From positions 2,016,001-2,080,000 of the forward strand of contig OY760907.1 in NCBI GenBank assembly GCA_963664195.1: a DNA stretch of 64,000 bases. Reading direction: 5' to 3'. The position numbers were made by a program, and so were the translations under genes. This stretch comes from an uncultured candidate division Zixibacteria bacterium (lineage in GTDB: Bacteria > Zixibacteria > MSB-5A5 > GN15 > FEB-12). Numbering within the stretch: position 1 is the first letter of the stretch; every line of letters begins with the position of its first letter. This document shows positions 54,725-64,000 of this stretch, one piece after another. Below the pieces are notes generated by a model that was not told where the DNA came from, made no database searches, and saw nothing but the letters and a program-made list of their open reading frames with translations.

Positions 54725-55714
54725 ATGAAGAAGCTTCTCATTTTCAGTCTTCTGTTTACATCCTTATTCCTTTTCGGTTGTGGTGGTGACGACGACGGTG
54801 ACGGCCCGGTCGATCCACCGGCGACGTTGCAGATAACGGCCGCGACGGCTGCCACGGCACCGACCACGGTTGACGATGCCGTGTGGGGAACTATTGCGGC
54901 AAAAGCTGTTCCGACGACCTCAATCAACTTCAGCAAACTTACGCCGACCTCGCCTGCAGCGGTGGCCAACAGTGTTTCTGTGAAGGCTGCGGTGCACTCG
55001 GATCGTCTGTATATGCGGTTTGAATGGGCGGATGCGACTCAGAGTGTGTGGCGTGAATCTTATCGAGTTACCGGCCGTGACGCTGTGCAAGACTGGATTG
55101 AGCTTCTGCACAACAGCACGCTTACCCATGACGAAGACCGTCTGATGGTCATGTTTCAGAATGCCGCTCAGGGCAGTTGGGATACATGGCAATGGCGTGC
55201 TCTGACCACCGACGGCGCAGGTCTGGCTGAAGGTGCGAAGATAACCGGCTCTACCTACACTGAGGATGCTACCGGTCTTGCCGGGGGAACCGATGTTGCG
55301 ACTCCGAACGAGAACGGCTCGCAGCCGATGTACATTCACAACACTCTTGACCAGTTCACCGGCCATCTGCTGCTCGAAGATGAGACGGTCGTTTTTGTGG
55401 CGGCGACGCATTCGCCACTTTCCGGATGGGAAGTTGACCAGCAGATTCCCGGTTACGTTATTGATGCAAGCGTTGCCCAGAATTCGCAGCGCGGCAGCAA
55501 GTGGGATATCACGGCCGCTTCGGACTATACGGGTGGAGTATGGTCGGTGGTTCTGAGCTGTGACTTGAACACCACCTCGACTGATGATCTGGATTTGAGC
55601 AGTCTCAGTCAGGTCAATATACGTGTGGCTGTCACCAACAACGAAGCATTCAGCTACTCGACCGGCAGCACGAACCAGGGTTTCTCTGCCTCGGTACCGC
55701 TGATTCTTCCGTAG
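54725..55714 (+). CDS. Lipoprotein with ethylbenzene-dehydrogenase gamma-like (DOMON/EB_dh) domain
   Basis: LFGC lipobox; VKAA....LYMRFEWAD, EDRLMVMF, DTWQWRA. Confidence 0.65.
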   Translation: MKKLLIFSLLFTSLFLFGCGGDDDGDGPVDPPATLQITAATAATAPTTVDDAVWGTIAAKAVPTTSINFSKLTPTSPAAVANSVSVKAAVHSDRLYMRFEWADATQSVWRESYRVTGRDAVQDWIELLHNSTLTHDEDRLMVMFQNAAQGSWDTWQWRALTTDGAGLAEGAKITGSTYTEDATGLAGGTDVATPNENGSQPMYIHNTLDQFTGHLLLEDETVVFVAATHSPLSGWEVDQQIPGYVIDASVAQNSQRGSKWDITAASDYTGGVWSVVLSCDLNTTSTDDLDLSSLSQVNIRVAVTNNEAFSYSTGSTNQGFSASVPLILP

Positions 55715-55735
55715 GGAAGGCCATCATATCGGTTG

Positions 55736-55764
55736 AAAAAGCCCGCCGAGAAGGCGGGCTTTTT
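55736..55764 (+). terminator. Intrinsic terminator
   Basis: AAAAAGCCCGCC-GAGAA-GGCGGGCTTTTT. Confidence 0.8.
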
Positions 55765-55863
55765 GTTTTGGTCATTAGTCAAAGTATCGTGTTTCATTTG
55801 TTGTCGGTCCAAAGAGTTCGTATACTGTGTTTTCACAAACAGTCACCCTTCTGGAGGTGCCCG

Positions 55864-57324
55864 ATGGCAATCAAATCATACCAGGAATATCTGGATTCGC
55901 TCAAAGCGATGCGTCCGAATATCCACAAATTCGACGAACTCATTGAAGATGTTACTACTCACCCGGCGACTAAACGTACTGTCGAGGGACACGGTTGGAC
56001 CTACAAGGCTGCTGCCGACGAGGAGCTTCGCGAGAAGGTTACCACAACCTCGCACCTGACCGGAAAGCCGATCAGTCGGTATCTTAGTATCATTCGGGAA
56101 CCGGAAGACATGTATGCCAACTCGGACATGAAGCGCCTGATGTTCCACCTCACCGGTACCTGCACCGGCGGACGCTGCGCCGGCTGGACAGCGCTCAACG
56201 CCATGTTCTCTACTACCTGGGAGATGGACAGGGACCTCGGTACGGACTATCACGCCCGGCTGTTGACGTGGCTCGAAGATGCCCAGGCACGCGATATTTG
56301 TATCTCCGGTGCGCTCACAGATCCGAAAGGTGACCGTACGTTGCCGCCCTCAAAGCAGGAAGACCCGGACATGTTCCTGCACGTGGTCGAGAAGCGTGAC
56401 GACGGCATTATCGTTCGCGGCGCCAAGGTGATGATCTGCGGTGTGGCGGCCGCCAACGAAATATTCGTTCTTCCGGGATCAGCCTACAAAGAGGCGGACG
56501 CCGACTACGCACTGTCATTTGTTATTCCCAAGGATATCGAGGGGCTGACGATTGTCGAGACCCGTCATCCGAGTGATGGCCGCGATCTGGAGGAAGGCTA
56601 CGATAACCCGGTCATGGAGGGCGGTATCACGCAGGCCTTCCTGTTCTTTGAGGATGTTTTTGTGCCGAAGGAACGGGTGTTCATGCTTGGCGAGACCAAG
56701 TACACGCTCAAGGCCGTATCGAACTTCATCATGCCTTACCGTTCGGCAATTGGCGGTTGTGTGGCCGGTCAGGGGGATATTAAGATAGGATCTGCCATTC
56801 TGACGGCTCGTACCAACGGTTTGGCCGACAAAGTCTTCCGCGACAAAGTCACCAAGATGCACATCAACAACGAGACTACGTATGCCGTTGGTATTGCGGC
56901 CGCAGCCCGGGGGAAGAAACACCCGTCAGGTGCCTGGGTTTGTGATCCGCTTCTCGCGAACGTAAACAAAGTCCATGTGGCGACTCTGCCGTACGATACG
57001 TCGGTGCTGGCTCAGGATATTGCCGGTGGTATCGCTGAAACGGGCTGTATGCCGTCGTACAAGGATTTTAAGTCCAAGAAATACGGACACTTGATCGAGA
57101 AGTACATGAAAGCCCGTCATTCGGCTGATTCTCGTTCGCGTGCGGCTCGACTGGTGGAATGGGTGACAATTGGGGGTGGTGTCCCCGGCTGCATGCACGG
57201 AGGCGGATCGCCTGACGGTGCCAAGCTGGTTATTTCGGCGATGGGTGGTCTTGAGGGCAAGGTTCAGATAGCGAAACGTTTGTCCGGCGTTGCAGAAGAG
57301 ATACCGGATCCGGGCAAGAAATAG
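55864..57324 (+). CDS. 4-hydroxybutyryl-CoA dehydratase / HpaB-family Fe-S flavoprotein (variant)
   Basis: GALTDPKGDR, GIIVRGAK, FEDVFVPKERVF, MHGGGSP. GGAGG RBS before ATG 55864. Confidence 0.85.
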   Translation: MAIKSYQEYLDSLKAMRPNIHKFDELIEDVTTHPATKRTVEGHGWTYKAAADEELREKVTTTSHLTGKPISRYLSIIREPEDMYANSDMKRLMFHLTGTCTGGRCAGWTALNAMFSTTWEMDRDLGTDYHARLLTWLEDAQARDICISGALTDPKGDRTLPPSKQEDPDMFLHVVEKRDDGIIVRGAKVMICGVAAANEIFVLPGSAYKEADADYALSFVIPKDIEGLTIVETRHPSDGRDLEEGYDNPVMEGGITQAFLFFEDVFVPKERVFMLGETKYTLKAVSNFIMPYRSAIGGCVAGQGDIKIGSAILTARTNGLADKVFRDKVTKMHINNETTYAVGIAAAARGKKHPSGAWVCDPLLANVNKVHVATLPYDTSVLAQDIAGGIAETGCMPSYKDFKSKKYGHLIEKYMKARHSADSRSRAARLVEWVTIGGGVPGCMHGGGSPDGAKLVISAMGGLEGKVQIAKRLSGVAEEIPDPGKK

Positions 57325-57523
57325 GTTGAGTCTCAATCGTTTGTCTTGAATTGTCAATATGCGGGATTGGCCGTGAGACCAATCCCGCACTTTCGTATCA
57401 ATTACACCCCAGAAACGGCCGATAATTGGTAATAAGCTAGGAAACGATTAACGGGGCTCAATCGATGAATTCGGTCTTGACGCTGCGATGGTTTTTGCAT
57501 ACCATACAGGTTCTACTTTTTTT

Positions 57524-57597
57524 GGGCCCTTAGCTCAGTTGGTTAGAGCAGCTGACTCATAATCAGCGGGTCGTAGGTTCGAGTCCTACAGGGCCCA
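57524..57597 (+). tRNA. tRNA with CAT anticodon, probably tRNA-Ile2 (lysidine)
   Basis: GGGCCCTTAGCTCAG...GCTGA-CTCATAA-TCAGC...GGTTCGAGTCC...AGGGCCCA; acceptor stem resembles Ile2, not the initiator tRNA. Confidence 0.88.
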
Positions 57598-57618
57598 TGG
57601 AAATGAAGTTTTGGTTAT

Positions 57619-57692
57619 GGGCAATTAGCTCAGTTGGTTAGAGCGTTCGGTTCACATCCGAGAGGTCACTGGTTCAAATCCAGTATTGCCCA
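57619..57692 (+). tRNA. tRNA-Val (anticodon CAC)
   Basis: GGGCAATTAGCTCAG...TTCGG-TTCACAT-CCGAG...GGTTCAAATCC...ATTGCCCA. Confidence 0.93.
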
Positions 57693-57791
57693 TATAGTAA
57701 GGACATGATTGTTACGAACAGAAAAGTACTCAATTCGGCGGTCGTTTTTCCTCGAACAAATGCGAAAAACGACAGCACCAAAGACGCTATC

Positions 57792-57833
57792 AAAGCGCGT
57801 GTCCCCGAATACCAAGGGAACCGCGCTTTTTTT
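57792..57833 (+). terminator. Intrinsic terminator after tRNA pair
   Basis: AAAGCGCG...CGCGCTTTTTTT. Confidence 0.6.
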
Positions 57834-57865
57834 GTCATGAGTTTTCAGGCTAAGGAGGCAGGACA

Positions 57866-58582
57866 GTGAACAACAGTCTCGAGTTGCTGCTAAGACTACA
57901 GGTGATTGACTATGATCTTGGCGAATTAGAGCGGTCCAAAGATTATCTGCCGGACATGATGGAGAACCTCAATCGGGAGATTGAGGAAACAAAGGCCAAG
58001 CGGGCTGACGCCGCAGAGCGTCTTGAGAAGGCAAATATCGAACACAAGAGTCTGGAACTGGATCTGAAGTCCAAAGAAGCGGAGCTTCAGAAATATCAGC
58101 AACAGATGATGTCGATCAAGACGAACAAAGAGTACGACGCTCTGGTGGCCGAGATTGACCAGCTGAAAGGGCAGATCAGCGATCACGAGAATCAACTTCT
58201 GGCAACAATGGAATTGATCGAGACACTCGAAAAGGACATCGTCGCCTATCAGGAGAAAGAGGAGCAGGTCCTTGGCAACAACGAAAAGCAGTTGCAGGTC
58301 TTGCAGGAAAAGATCGATTCAATCGGTGCCAAAGTCGGCGACAAACAGGCCAATCGCGAGGAAGTGATTTCTTCGATTCCCAAGCCCACTCTCTCGGTCT
58401 ACGAGCGCATTCGCCGCGGGCGTGGTGGTCGCGCGATTGTGGTAGTCAAGAAGCGGGCTTGCAGTTCGTGCTTCAAGGCCTTGACGCCGAAGAAGGTGCA
58501 GGAAATCCGCCGTGGCGAAAAAGTAAACACCTGCGACTACTGCGGTTGTCTGCTCTATTGGGACGAGGATATTTCAAAGTAG
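57866..58582 (+). CDS. Coiled-coil C4 zinc-ribbon protein (CT398/HP0958, DUF164 family)
   Basis: L..LQ.ID, KTNKEYDAL..EI, YERIR, CSSC...CDYCG.LLY. Confidence 0.9.
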   Translation: MNNSLELLLRLQVIDYDLGELERSKDYLPDMMENLNREIEETKAKRADAAERLEKANIEHKSLELDLKSKEAELQKYQQQMMSIKTNKEYDALVAEIDQLKGQISDHENQLLATMELIETLEKDIVAYQEKEEQVLGNNEKQLQVLQEKIDSIGAKVGDKQANREEVISSIPKPTLSVYERIRRGRGGRAIVVVKKRACSSCFKALTPKKVQEIRRGEKVNTCDYCGCLLYWDEDISK

Positions 58583-58675
58583 CGCCGCGAACGGCCCGGC
58601 CCGTTCGGGCGATTGAGGGGGTAGGATTATCCTGCTCCGGGTGAACTGAAGACATAAACTGGATGACGGAACGAA

Positions 58676-60139
58676 ATGGCTAAGATTCTTGAGCAACAAG
58701 GGCTGACTTTTGATGATATCCTCCTGGTGCCCGCCTATTCTAACGTGTTGCCCCGCGATGTGGATATCACAACCACAATAGCTCCCGGTATCGAATTACA
58801 GATTCCGCTGCTTTCGGCGGCGATGGATACGGTCACTGAGGCTGCGTTGGCGATTGCGCTTGCCAGGCAGGGTGGAATCGGCGTTGTGCATAAGAATCTC
58901 TCGGTTCGCCGTCAGGCCGCCGAGGTTGACAAGGTCAAACGTTCTGAGTCGGGGATGATTGTCGACCCGATCACTCTTCCGCCGGACAGGACCATCGGTG
59001 ATGCCCTCACGGTGATGCAGCGTTTCTCCATTTCGGGCATTCCGATCACCAACGGCGAGAAGCTTGTGGGTATTCTCACCAATCGTGATCTACGCTTCCA
59101 TAAAGATACCAGTCTCCCGATCTCCGAAGCAATGACCTGTCGGAATCTGGTGACTGTGCCGGAAGGGACCGGTCCGGACGACTGCAAGGAGATCCTGCAC
59201 AAGCACCGCATTGAGAAGGTGCTGGTGGTCGACGATGATTTCCACTTGAAGGGAATGATCACGGTCAAAGACATCATGAAGAAAATCCAGTATCCGCATT
59301 CGGCAAAAGACAGCCGTGGACGGCTGAGATGTGCTGCCGCGGTTGGTGTCGGAGCCGATCTGGAGGCCCGTGTTGAGGCTCTTGTTGATGCCGGAGTTGA
59401 CCTGTTGGTCGTGGATAGTTCTCACGGTCACAGTGAGGGTATTCTGAGTGCGGTGAGAAAAATCAAGAGCAAGTATTCGGTGCCGGTTCTGGCCGGAAAC
59501 GTGGCCACAGCCGCGGGCACCAGGGCACTTATCGATGCCGGAGCGGACAGCGTGAAAATCGGCATCGGCCCGGGATCGATTTGTACGACCCGTATAGTCA
59601 CCGGTGCCGGTATGCCGCAGGTGACGGCAATCGTGAATGCAGTCGAGGCGGCACAGAAGACCGGGACGCCGATTATCGCTGATGGCGGCATTCGATACTC
59701 AGGTGACATAGTAAAATCTTTGGCCTGTGGTTCGCAGGCCGTTATGATCGGCTCACTGTTGGCCGGTGTTGAGGAATCCCCCGGGGAGACTCTTCTCATG
59801 GAGGGGCGTTCCTTTAAGGTGTACCGTGGTATGGGTTCAGTGAGCGCCATGAAAGAAGGTGCGGCCGATCGGTACTTCCAGGAACAGAATGTTGAGGCTT
59901 CCAAGTTCGTTCCTGAAGGGGTTGAGGGGCGGGTGCCCTTCAAGGGGAAGCTTGAGGATTTGGTGTATCAGTTGGTTGGCGGCATCAGGGCCGGTATGGG
60001 GCTGTGCGGCGCATCGAATCTCAAGGCCTTGTATGAAGACTCGGAGTTTGTGCGAATCAGTCCGGCGGGGCTGAACGAATCGCATCCGCATTCGGTGCCG
60101 ATCAGCAAAGAACCTCCGAATTACCGTCGCTTGATGTAG
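58676..60139 (+). CDS. guaB: Inosine-5'-monophosphate dehydrogenase
   Basis: [21 protein letters not shown] pair, [11 protein letters not shown]. Confidence 0.97.
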   Translation: MAKILEQQGLTFDDILLVPAYSNVLPRDVDITTTIAPGIELQIPLLSAAMDTVTEAALAIALARQGGIGVVHKNLSVRRQAAEVDKVKRSESGMIVDPITLPPDRTIGDALTVMQRFSISGIPITNGEKLVGILTNRDLRFHKDTSLPISEAMTCRNLVTVPEGTGPDDCKEILHKHRIEKVLVVDDDFHLKGMITVKDIMKKIQYPHSAKDSRGRLRCAAAVGVGADLEARVEALVDAGVDLLVVDSSHGHSEGILSAVRKIKSKYSVPVLAGNVATAAGTRALIDAGADSVKIGIGPGSICTTRIVTGAGMPQVTAIVNAVEAAQKTGTPIIADGGIRYSGDIVKSLACGSQAVMIGSLLAGVEESPGETLLMEGRSFKVYRGMGSVSAMKEGAADRYFQEQNVEASKFVPEGVEGRVPFKGKLEDLVYQLVGGIRAGMGLCGASNLKALYEDSEFVRISPAGLNESHPHSVPISKEPPNYRRLM

Positions 60140-60188
60140 GCGTCGGTGCCCTAATACTGTAGACGATAGTTGTTTTATAGATTAACGC

Positions 60189-60581
60189 GAGTCAGCGAAA
60201 GCAGGAGGAACAGTCGCGCTTTAAATCTGATTTAAAGTGAGGAAAGTCCGAGCTCCACAGAATCGAGGCGCCCGGTAACGCCGGGGCGGAGTGATCCGAC
60301 GGAAAGTGCCGCAGAAACTATACCGCCTTCGGGGAAGGAAACTTAACCGGGGGTAAGGGTGAAAACGTGGTGTAAGAGACCACGGTCACGCCCAGCAATG
60401 GGTGTGGCGGGTAAACCCCGCCTGGAGCAAGGCCAAATAGAGGAAGAGGGATTGGTTCGTCCCGTTATCATTCCTGGGTAGGCTGCTTGAGCGGTCGGGT
60501 AACCGGCCGCCCAGATAAATGACTGTTGGTTTGCCTCGGCGAATTTACAGAACTCGGCTTATGGCCTGCTTTCTCTGACTC
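60189..60581 (+). ncRNA. rnpB: RNase P RNA, class A
   Basis: GAGGAAAGTCCGAGCTCC, GGTAAACCCC..GGAGCAAGGCCAA, ACAGAACTCGGCTTA; termini GAGTCAGCGAAAGCAGG / CCTGCTTTCTCTGACTC pair. Confidence 0.95.
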
Positions 60582-60599
60582 ATAAATGCTGGAGGCATT

Positions 60600-62348
60600 A
60601 TGAGCTTGGCTCAACGGAGTTCCACTCCGCAGTGGGTTTTGGCGCCGGATCCGGAAAAGGAGCTGGTACAGAACCTTGCAGAGGCGGCCTCTCTGCCTAC
60701 CAATGTGATCAAGATCCTGGTCAATCGGGGTCTGGACACTTCTGAAGCCATTCAAGGATTTCTCAATCCCGAGCTTGAGAATCTCAAGGATCCGTTCTCC
60801 ATGACTGGCATGGAAGCGGCGGTCGAGCGCGTCCAAAGCGCCCTCTACGCCAACGAGAGGGTCATGATCTACGGTGACTATGACGTGGACGGCATTACTG
60901 CCACCACTCTCCTCTACATGGTGCTCAACAAACTGGGCGCTCAGACAGAATATTATTTGCCGAACAGGCTCACACAGGGGTACGGTCTGTCCACTGACGG
61001 TATCGACAAAGCGCGTGATCTCGGGGTAACGCTCATCATCACAGTTGATACCGGTATCACTGCGGTTGAAGAGATCGAGTATGCTCGCTCGCAGGGAATT
61101 GAAGTGGTTGTGACCGATCACCATGAGCCGGGTGAGTCTCTTCCCAATGCTCTGGCGATAATCAACCCGAAACAGCCGGACTGTGAGTACGGCGGCGAGC
61201 TTTCCGGAGTTGGCGTAGCCTACAAGTTTGCTCAGGGTCTGTATCTTCGATTCGGACAGGACGAGGAGGAACTCCACGAGCATCTCGATCTGGTCGCCAT
61301 GGGCACCTCGGCCGATATCGTACCGCTGGTCGGCGAGAATCGTATTCTCACTAAATTCGGTATTCAGCAGATAGCCCGCACGACCAAGCCGGGTATCAAG
61401 TCTCTGGCTTTTGTCGCGGGACTGATGGGCAAGGAGATCGGAACCGGACAGGTTGTGTTTATTCTGGCTCCTCGCATCAATGCGCTTGGCCGTCTTGGCG
61501 ATTGCAGCGAAGCGATCCGTTTGCTGTCGACTCGTGACGAGCGTTTGGCTGCGGAAATAGCACGCAAGTTGGATTCAGAGAACAAGCGTCGCAAGGAAAT
61601 CGACGAAAAGACGTTGCATGAAGCCCTTGACCAGATGCACGAGGTTGTCGATCTCGAGAACGATAACGCTATCGTGCTTGCCGCCGAGGGGTGGCACCAG
61701 GGTGTAATCGGTATTGTCGCTAGCCGACTGGTGGAGAAATACCACTTGCCCACCGTGATGATTGCCATTAGCGACGGTGAGGGGAAAGGTTCGGCGCGCT
61801 CGATTCCGGGCTTCCATCTTTGCGAGGCGCTGAAGGAGTGCGAGCATCTGCTTATCAGGTACGGCGGACACAAGTACGCGGCGGGTCTGTCTATTTTGCC
61901 GGAGAACATCGAGGCTTTCCGTGAGAAGTTCCGCGAAGTGTCGGCGAAGAATCTGACGGTGGAAGACACTCAGGCCAAGTTGCATATTGATCTTGAGATC
62001 GAGCTTCGCGAGATTTCTGATGCTTTTGTGGGCAGTGTTGAGCGGTTTGCGCCGTTCGGCCCCCAGAATATGCGCCCGGTGTTTCTCACGCGCAACTGCG
62101 AGGTGGTTGGTTCGCCCTATGTGGTCGGCAACAACCATCTGAAGATGAAAGTGCGCAAAGGTGACGCGGTGGTTGATGTGATCGGATTCGGATTCGGCGA
62201 CATGGCCAGAGTCATTTCGGATAAGGGTTGCCTGGTGGATGTTGTGTACGCTCTCGAGTTCAATACGTACAACGGCGTTACTCGGATTCAGATGCGGGTA
62301 CGTGATATCAAGCCGACGGTAGGTGAGTTGTCGACGGGGTATCGATAG
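60600..62348 (+). CDS. recJ: Single-stranded DNA exonuclease RecJ
   Basis: YGDYDVDG, ITVDTG, TDHH, PRINALGR, GSARS, GGH..AAG, PFG..N. Confidence 0.96.
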   Translation: MSLAQRSSTPQWVLAPDPEKELVQNLAEAASLPTNVIKILVNRGLDTSEAIQGFLNPELENLKDPFSMTGMEAAVERVQSALYANERVMIYGDYDVDGITATTLLYMVLNKLGAQTEYYLPNRLTQGYGLSTDGIDKARDLGVTLIITVDTGITAVEEIEYARSQGIEVVVTDHHEPGESLPNALAIINPKQPDCEYGGELSGVGVAYKFAQGLYLRFGQDEEELHEHLDLVAMGTSADIVPLVGENRILTKFGIQQIARTTKPGIKSLAFVAGLMGKEIGTGQVVFILAPRINALGRLGDCSEAIRLLSTRDERLAAEIARKLDSENKRRKEIDEKTLHEALDQMHEVVDLENDNAIVLAAEGWHQGVIGIVASRLVEKYHLPTVMIAISDGEGKGSARSIPGFHLCEALKECEHLLIRYGGHKYAAGLSILPENIEAFREKFREVSAKNLTVEDTQAKLHIDLEIELREISDAFVGSVERFAPFGPQNMRPVFLTRNCEVVGSPYVVGNNHLKMKVRKGDAVVDVIGFGFGDMARVISDKGCLVDVVYALEFNTYNGVTRIQMRVRDIKPTVGELSTGYR

Positions 62349-62351
62349 GCA

Positions 62352-63296
62352 ATGACCGTTCTCGAGCGTTTTGAGCAGGGGGATGTTCGTGCTCTCTCGC
62401 GGCTTGTGTCGTTTGTCGAAAACCGCGATGACGGGTATCGCGCTGTGCTCGGCCGTCTGTATGCAATGGCCGGGAAGTCACTCAGGATCGGATTGACCGG
62501 CCCTCCGGGGGCCGGCAAATCTACGTTGGTCAATGCCCTTACCAAACAACTCGTGGCAGCAGGGAAAAAGGTTGGGATCATCGCTGTTGATCCCACCTCT
62601 CCGTTCTCCGGCGGCGCTTTGCTGGGGGACCGTGTTCGTATGAACGAATTCGCTCCCGATTCGGGTGTGTATTTTCGTTCTATGGCCACTCGTGGTGCGA
62701 CCGGCGGGTTGGCCGCCGCCACGGATAACGTTGCGCTTGTTTATGACGCTTTCGGGTTTGATGTTACTCTCATTGAAACTGTCGGAGTGGGGCAGGTGGA
62801 GTTGGAAATTGTCAACTCCTGTGATTCTGTGGTGGTGATTCTGGTACCGGAGTCCGGAGATGCCGTTCAGACGATGAAGGCTGGGCTTATGGAAATTGCT
62901 GATGTCTTTTGCATCAACAAGTCCGACCGGCCAGGGGCCGAACGGATGGTTGCCGATCTCAGGCACACTCTTGAAACGCGGAAGACGGTGGAGGGTCAAT
63001 GGATGATCCCGATTCTCTCCACGGTGGCAATGAAGGGCACCAATGTTGACAAGCTGTATGCGACGATTTTTGAGCACGTTGAATACCAGAAGAGTAGTGG
63101 CCGCTTTGATGAGCACCGACGAGGTCAGCTAAAGAAGAAGGTACTGAACATTCTCCAGAATCGCTTCCAGCGTGAGTTCATTGACGAGTTGACCGAGAAG
63201 CTCGAGTTTGACCAACTGGCCGAGGAGATCAGGTCCGGGAAGACCAATCCTTACGAAGTCAGCGACCGTTTGTACCGCCAGTTCTCGGGTCGATAG
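62352..63296 (+). CDS. meaB: MeaB/ArgK-family GTPase
   Basis: GLTGPPGAGKST, VDPTSPFSGGALLGDRVRM, ETVGVGQ, NKSD. Confidence 0.92.
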   Translation: MTVLERFEQGDVRALSRLVSFVENRDDGYRAVLGRLYAMAGKSLRIGLTGPPGAGKSTLVNALTKQLVAAGKKVGIIAVDPTSPFSGGALLGDRVRMNEFAPDSGVYFRSMATRGATGGLAAATDNVALVYDAFGFDVTLIETVGVGQVELEIVNSCDSVVVILVPESGDAVQTMKAGLMEIADVFCINKSDRPGAERMVADLRHTLETRKTVEGQWMIPILSTVAMKGTNVDKLYATIFEHVEYQKSSGRFDEHRRGQLKKKVLNILQNRFQREFIDELTEKLEFDQLAEEIRSGKTNPYEVSDRLYRQFSGR

Positions 63297-64000
63297 CACT
63301 TCCAGATCGAAGTGAGTCTTTCGGTCGTCGCGAAATGCCCGAGATGTGTTTCTGCAGAGTGAATATGATCCATCCCTGAAGAATTACCCACGCAGCCCCT
63401 ACGTGTACGCCGGCGATCTGGCGACGAAGCAGAGCGTTTCTCCTGAAGTCCCACTCAGGAAACAACTCCTCTCCACAAGCAACTCCCACTACAATGCAAA
63501 CGGCAACCGCCGTGGGGATGAGCATCAGTGTAAAGGGACTACAACGTGATGAAACGCTCTCCCAGACCTTTCTTAGCGCAACAATCGACAACGGGATTAC
63601 GAACACAAACGGCGGGAAGAACATGCGAGTTTCGCGAGCCAGCGTGAAGAGTAATGTGGCGGCCGTCATGAGCGGTACCGTGATCACCGTCCCCCAGAAG
63701 ATCATTCGTTCAGGGAAGAGCATAGGTCGCCGCCGAAGTATCATCAGTCCCACCGTGCACAGGAGCCACAACAGGCCGAACGCGACGATCATTGAGACGA
63801 TTGTGTCCGTCGATCGTCCGATATCGCCGAAATTGAAGAGAAGCAATTTCCATCGTTTCGGGTCCTCCGCCTGAGATACCAGTACACGGTACGGCAGGTA
63901 CAATGCAGCCGGCAGTACTAGGGATGCCAGCAGGCGTTTAGCTGAGCACTGTCCTCTCAGCCACCACAAGCTGAGTCCCAGGATCGGCATGAAGAGGAGC
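63259..64000 (-). CDS. Polytopic membrane protein (5' end outside window)
   Basis: Several hydrophobic segments and an RETR.FFP motif; frame continues to the window edge. Confidence 0.65.
   Translation of the reverse strand, partial: LLFMPILGLSLWWLRGQCSAKRLLASLVLPAALYLPYRVLVSQAEDPKRWKLLLFNFGDIGRSTDTIVSMIVAFGLLWLLCTVGLMILRRRPMLFPERMIFWGTVITVPLMTAATLLFTLARETRMFFPPFVFVIPLSIVALRKVWESVSSRCSPFTLMLIPTAVAVCIVVGVACGEELFPEWDFRRNALLRRQIAGVHVGAAWVILQGWIIFTLQKHISGISRRPKDSLRSGSAIDPRTGGTNGR

Noticed and set aside
60468..61283. 271-aa minus-strand ORF and similar long antisense ORFs (e.g. 10793-11581, 24896-25585, 38192-38863)
   Set aside because: Shadow frames opposite well-supported genes, expected at this GC content, with no recognisable motifs.

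Overview
Bacterial chromosomal segment of moderately high GC. Many secreted proteins with a Cys-flanked dockerin-like tail, a PorV-family gene, FlgD/CTD-tailed proteins and a long SRP RNA suggest an FCB-group candidate phylum such as Zixibacteria (inference from protein style; no search was run). Housekeeping genes: nrdJ, acpS, pyrE, rmuC, sthA, recR-ybaB-dnaX, a ptsN-like gene, comM/yifB, guaB, recJ and meaB. RNA genes: three tRNAs, ffs and rnpB. Accessory blocks: (1) 0-3.3 kb, an orphan NarL-type regulator with a stand-alone ATP-cone, a degenerate ECF sigma and a HisKA-only protein, linked by a repeated upstream DNA motif; (2) 3.5-12 kb, four modular secreted dockerin proteins, one also carrying a cohesin-like domain; (3) 15.3-17.2 kb, a cassette of 2TM protein, RHH protein, ClpP-class protease and small acidic ORF; (4) 18.5-30.4 kb, a periplasmic binding protein/phosphorelay operon divergent from a TonB receptor-CTD protein-PorV operon, with back-to-back sigma28-like promoters; (5) 37.6-42.2 kb, seven tandem small outer-membrane beta-barrel genes. 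Also seen: a candidate ECF-promoter sRNA at about 49.4-49.6 kb and an AbfD-family enzyme with altered Fe-S ligands. No CRISPR array, integrase, transposase, rRNA or reverse transcriptase was found. All product calls come from motif recognition only.
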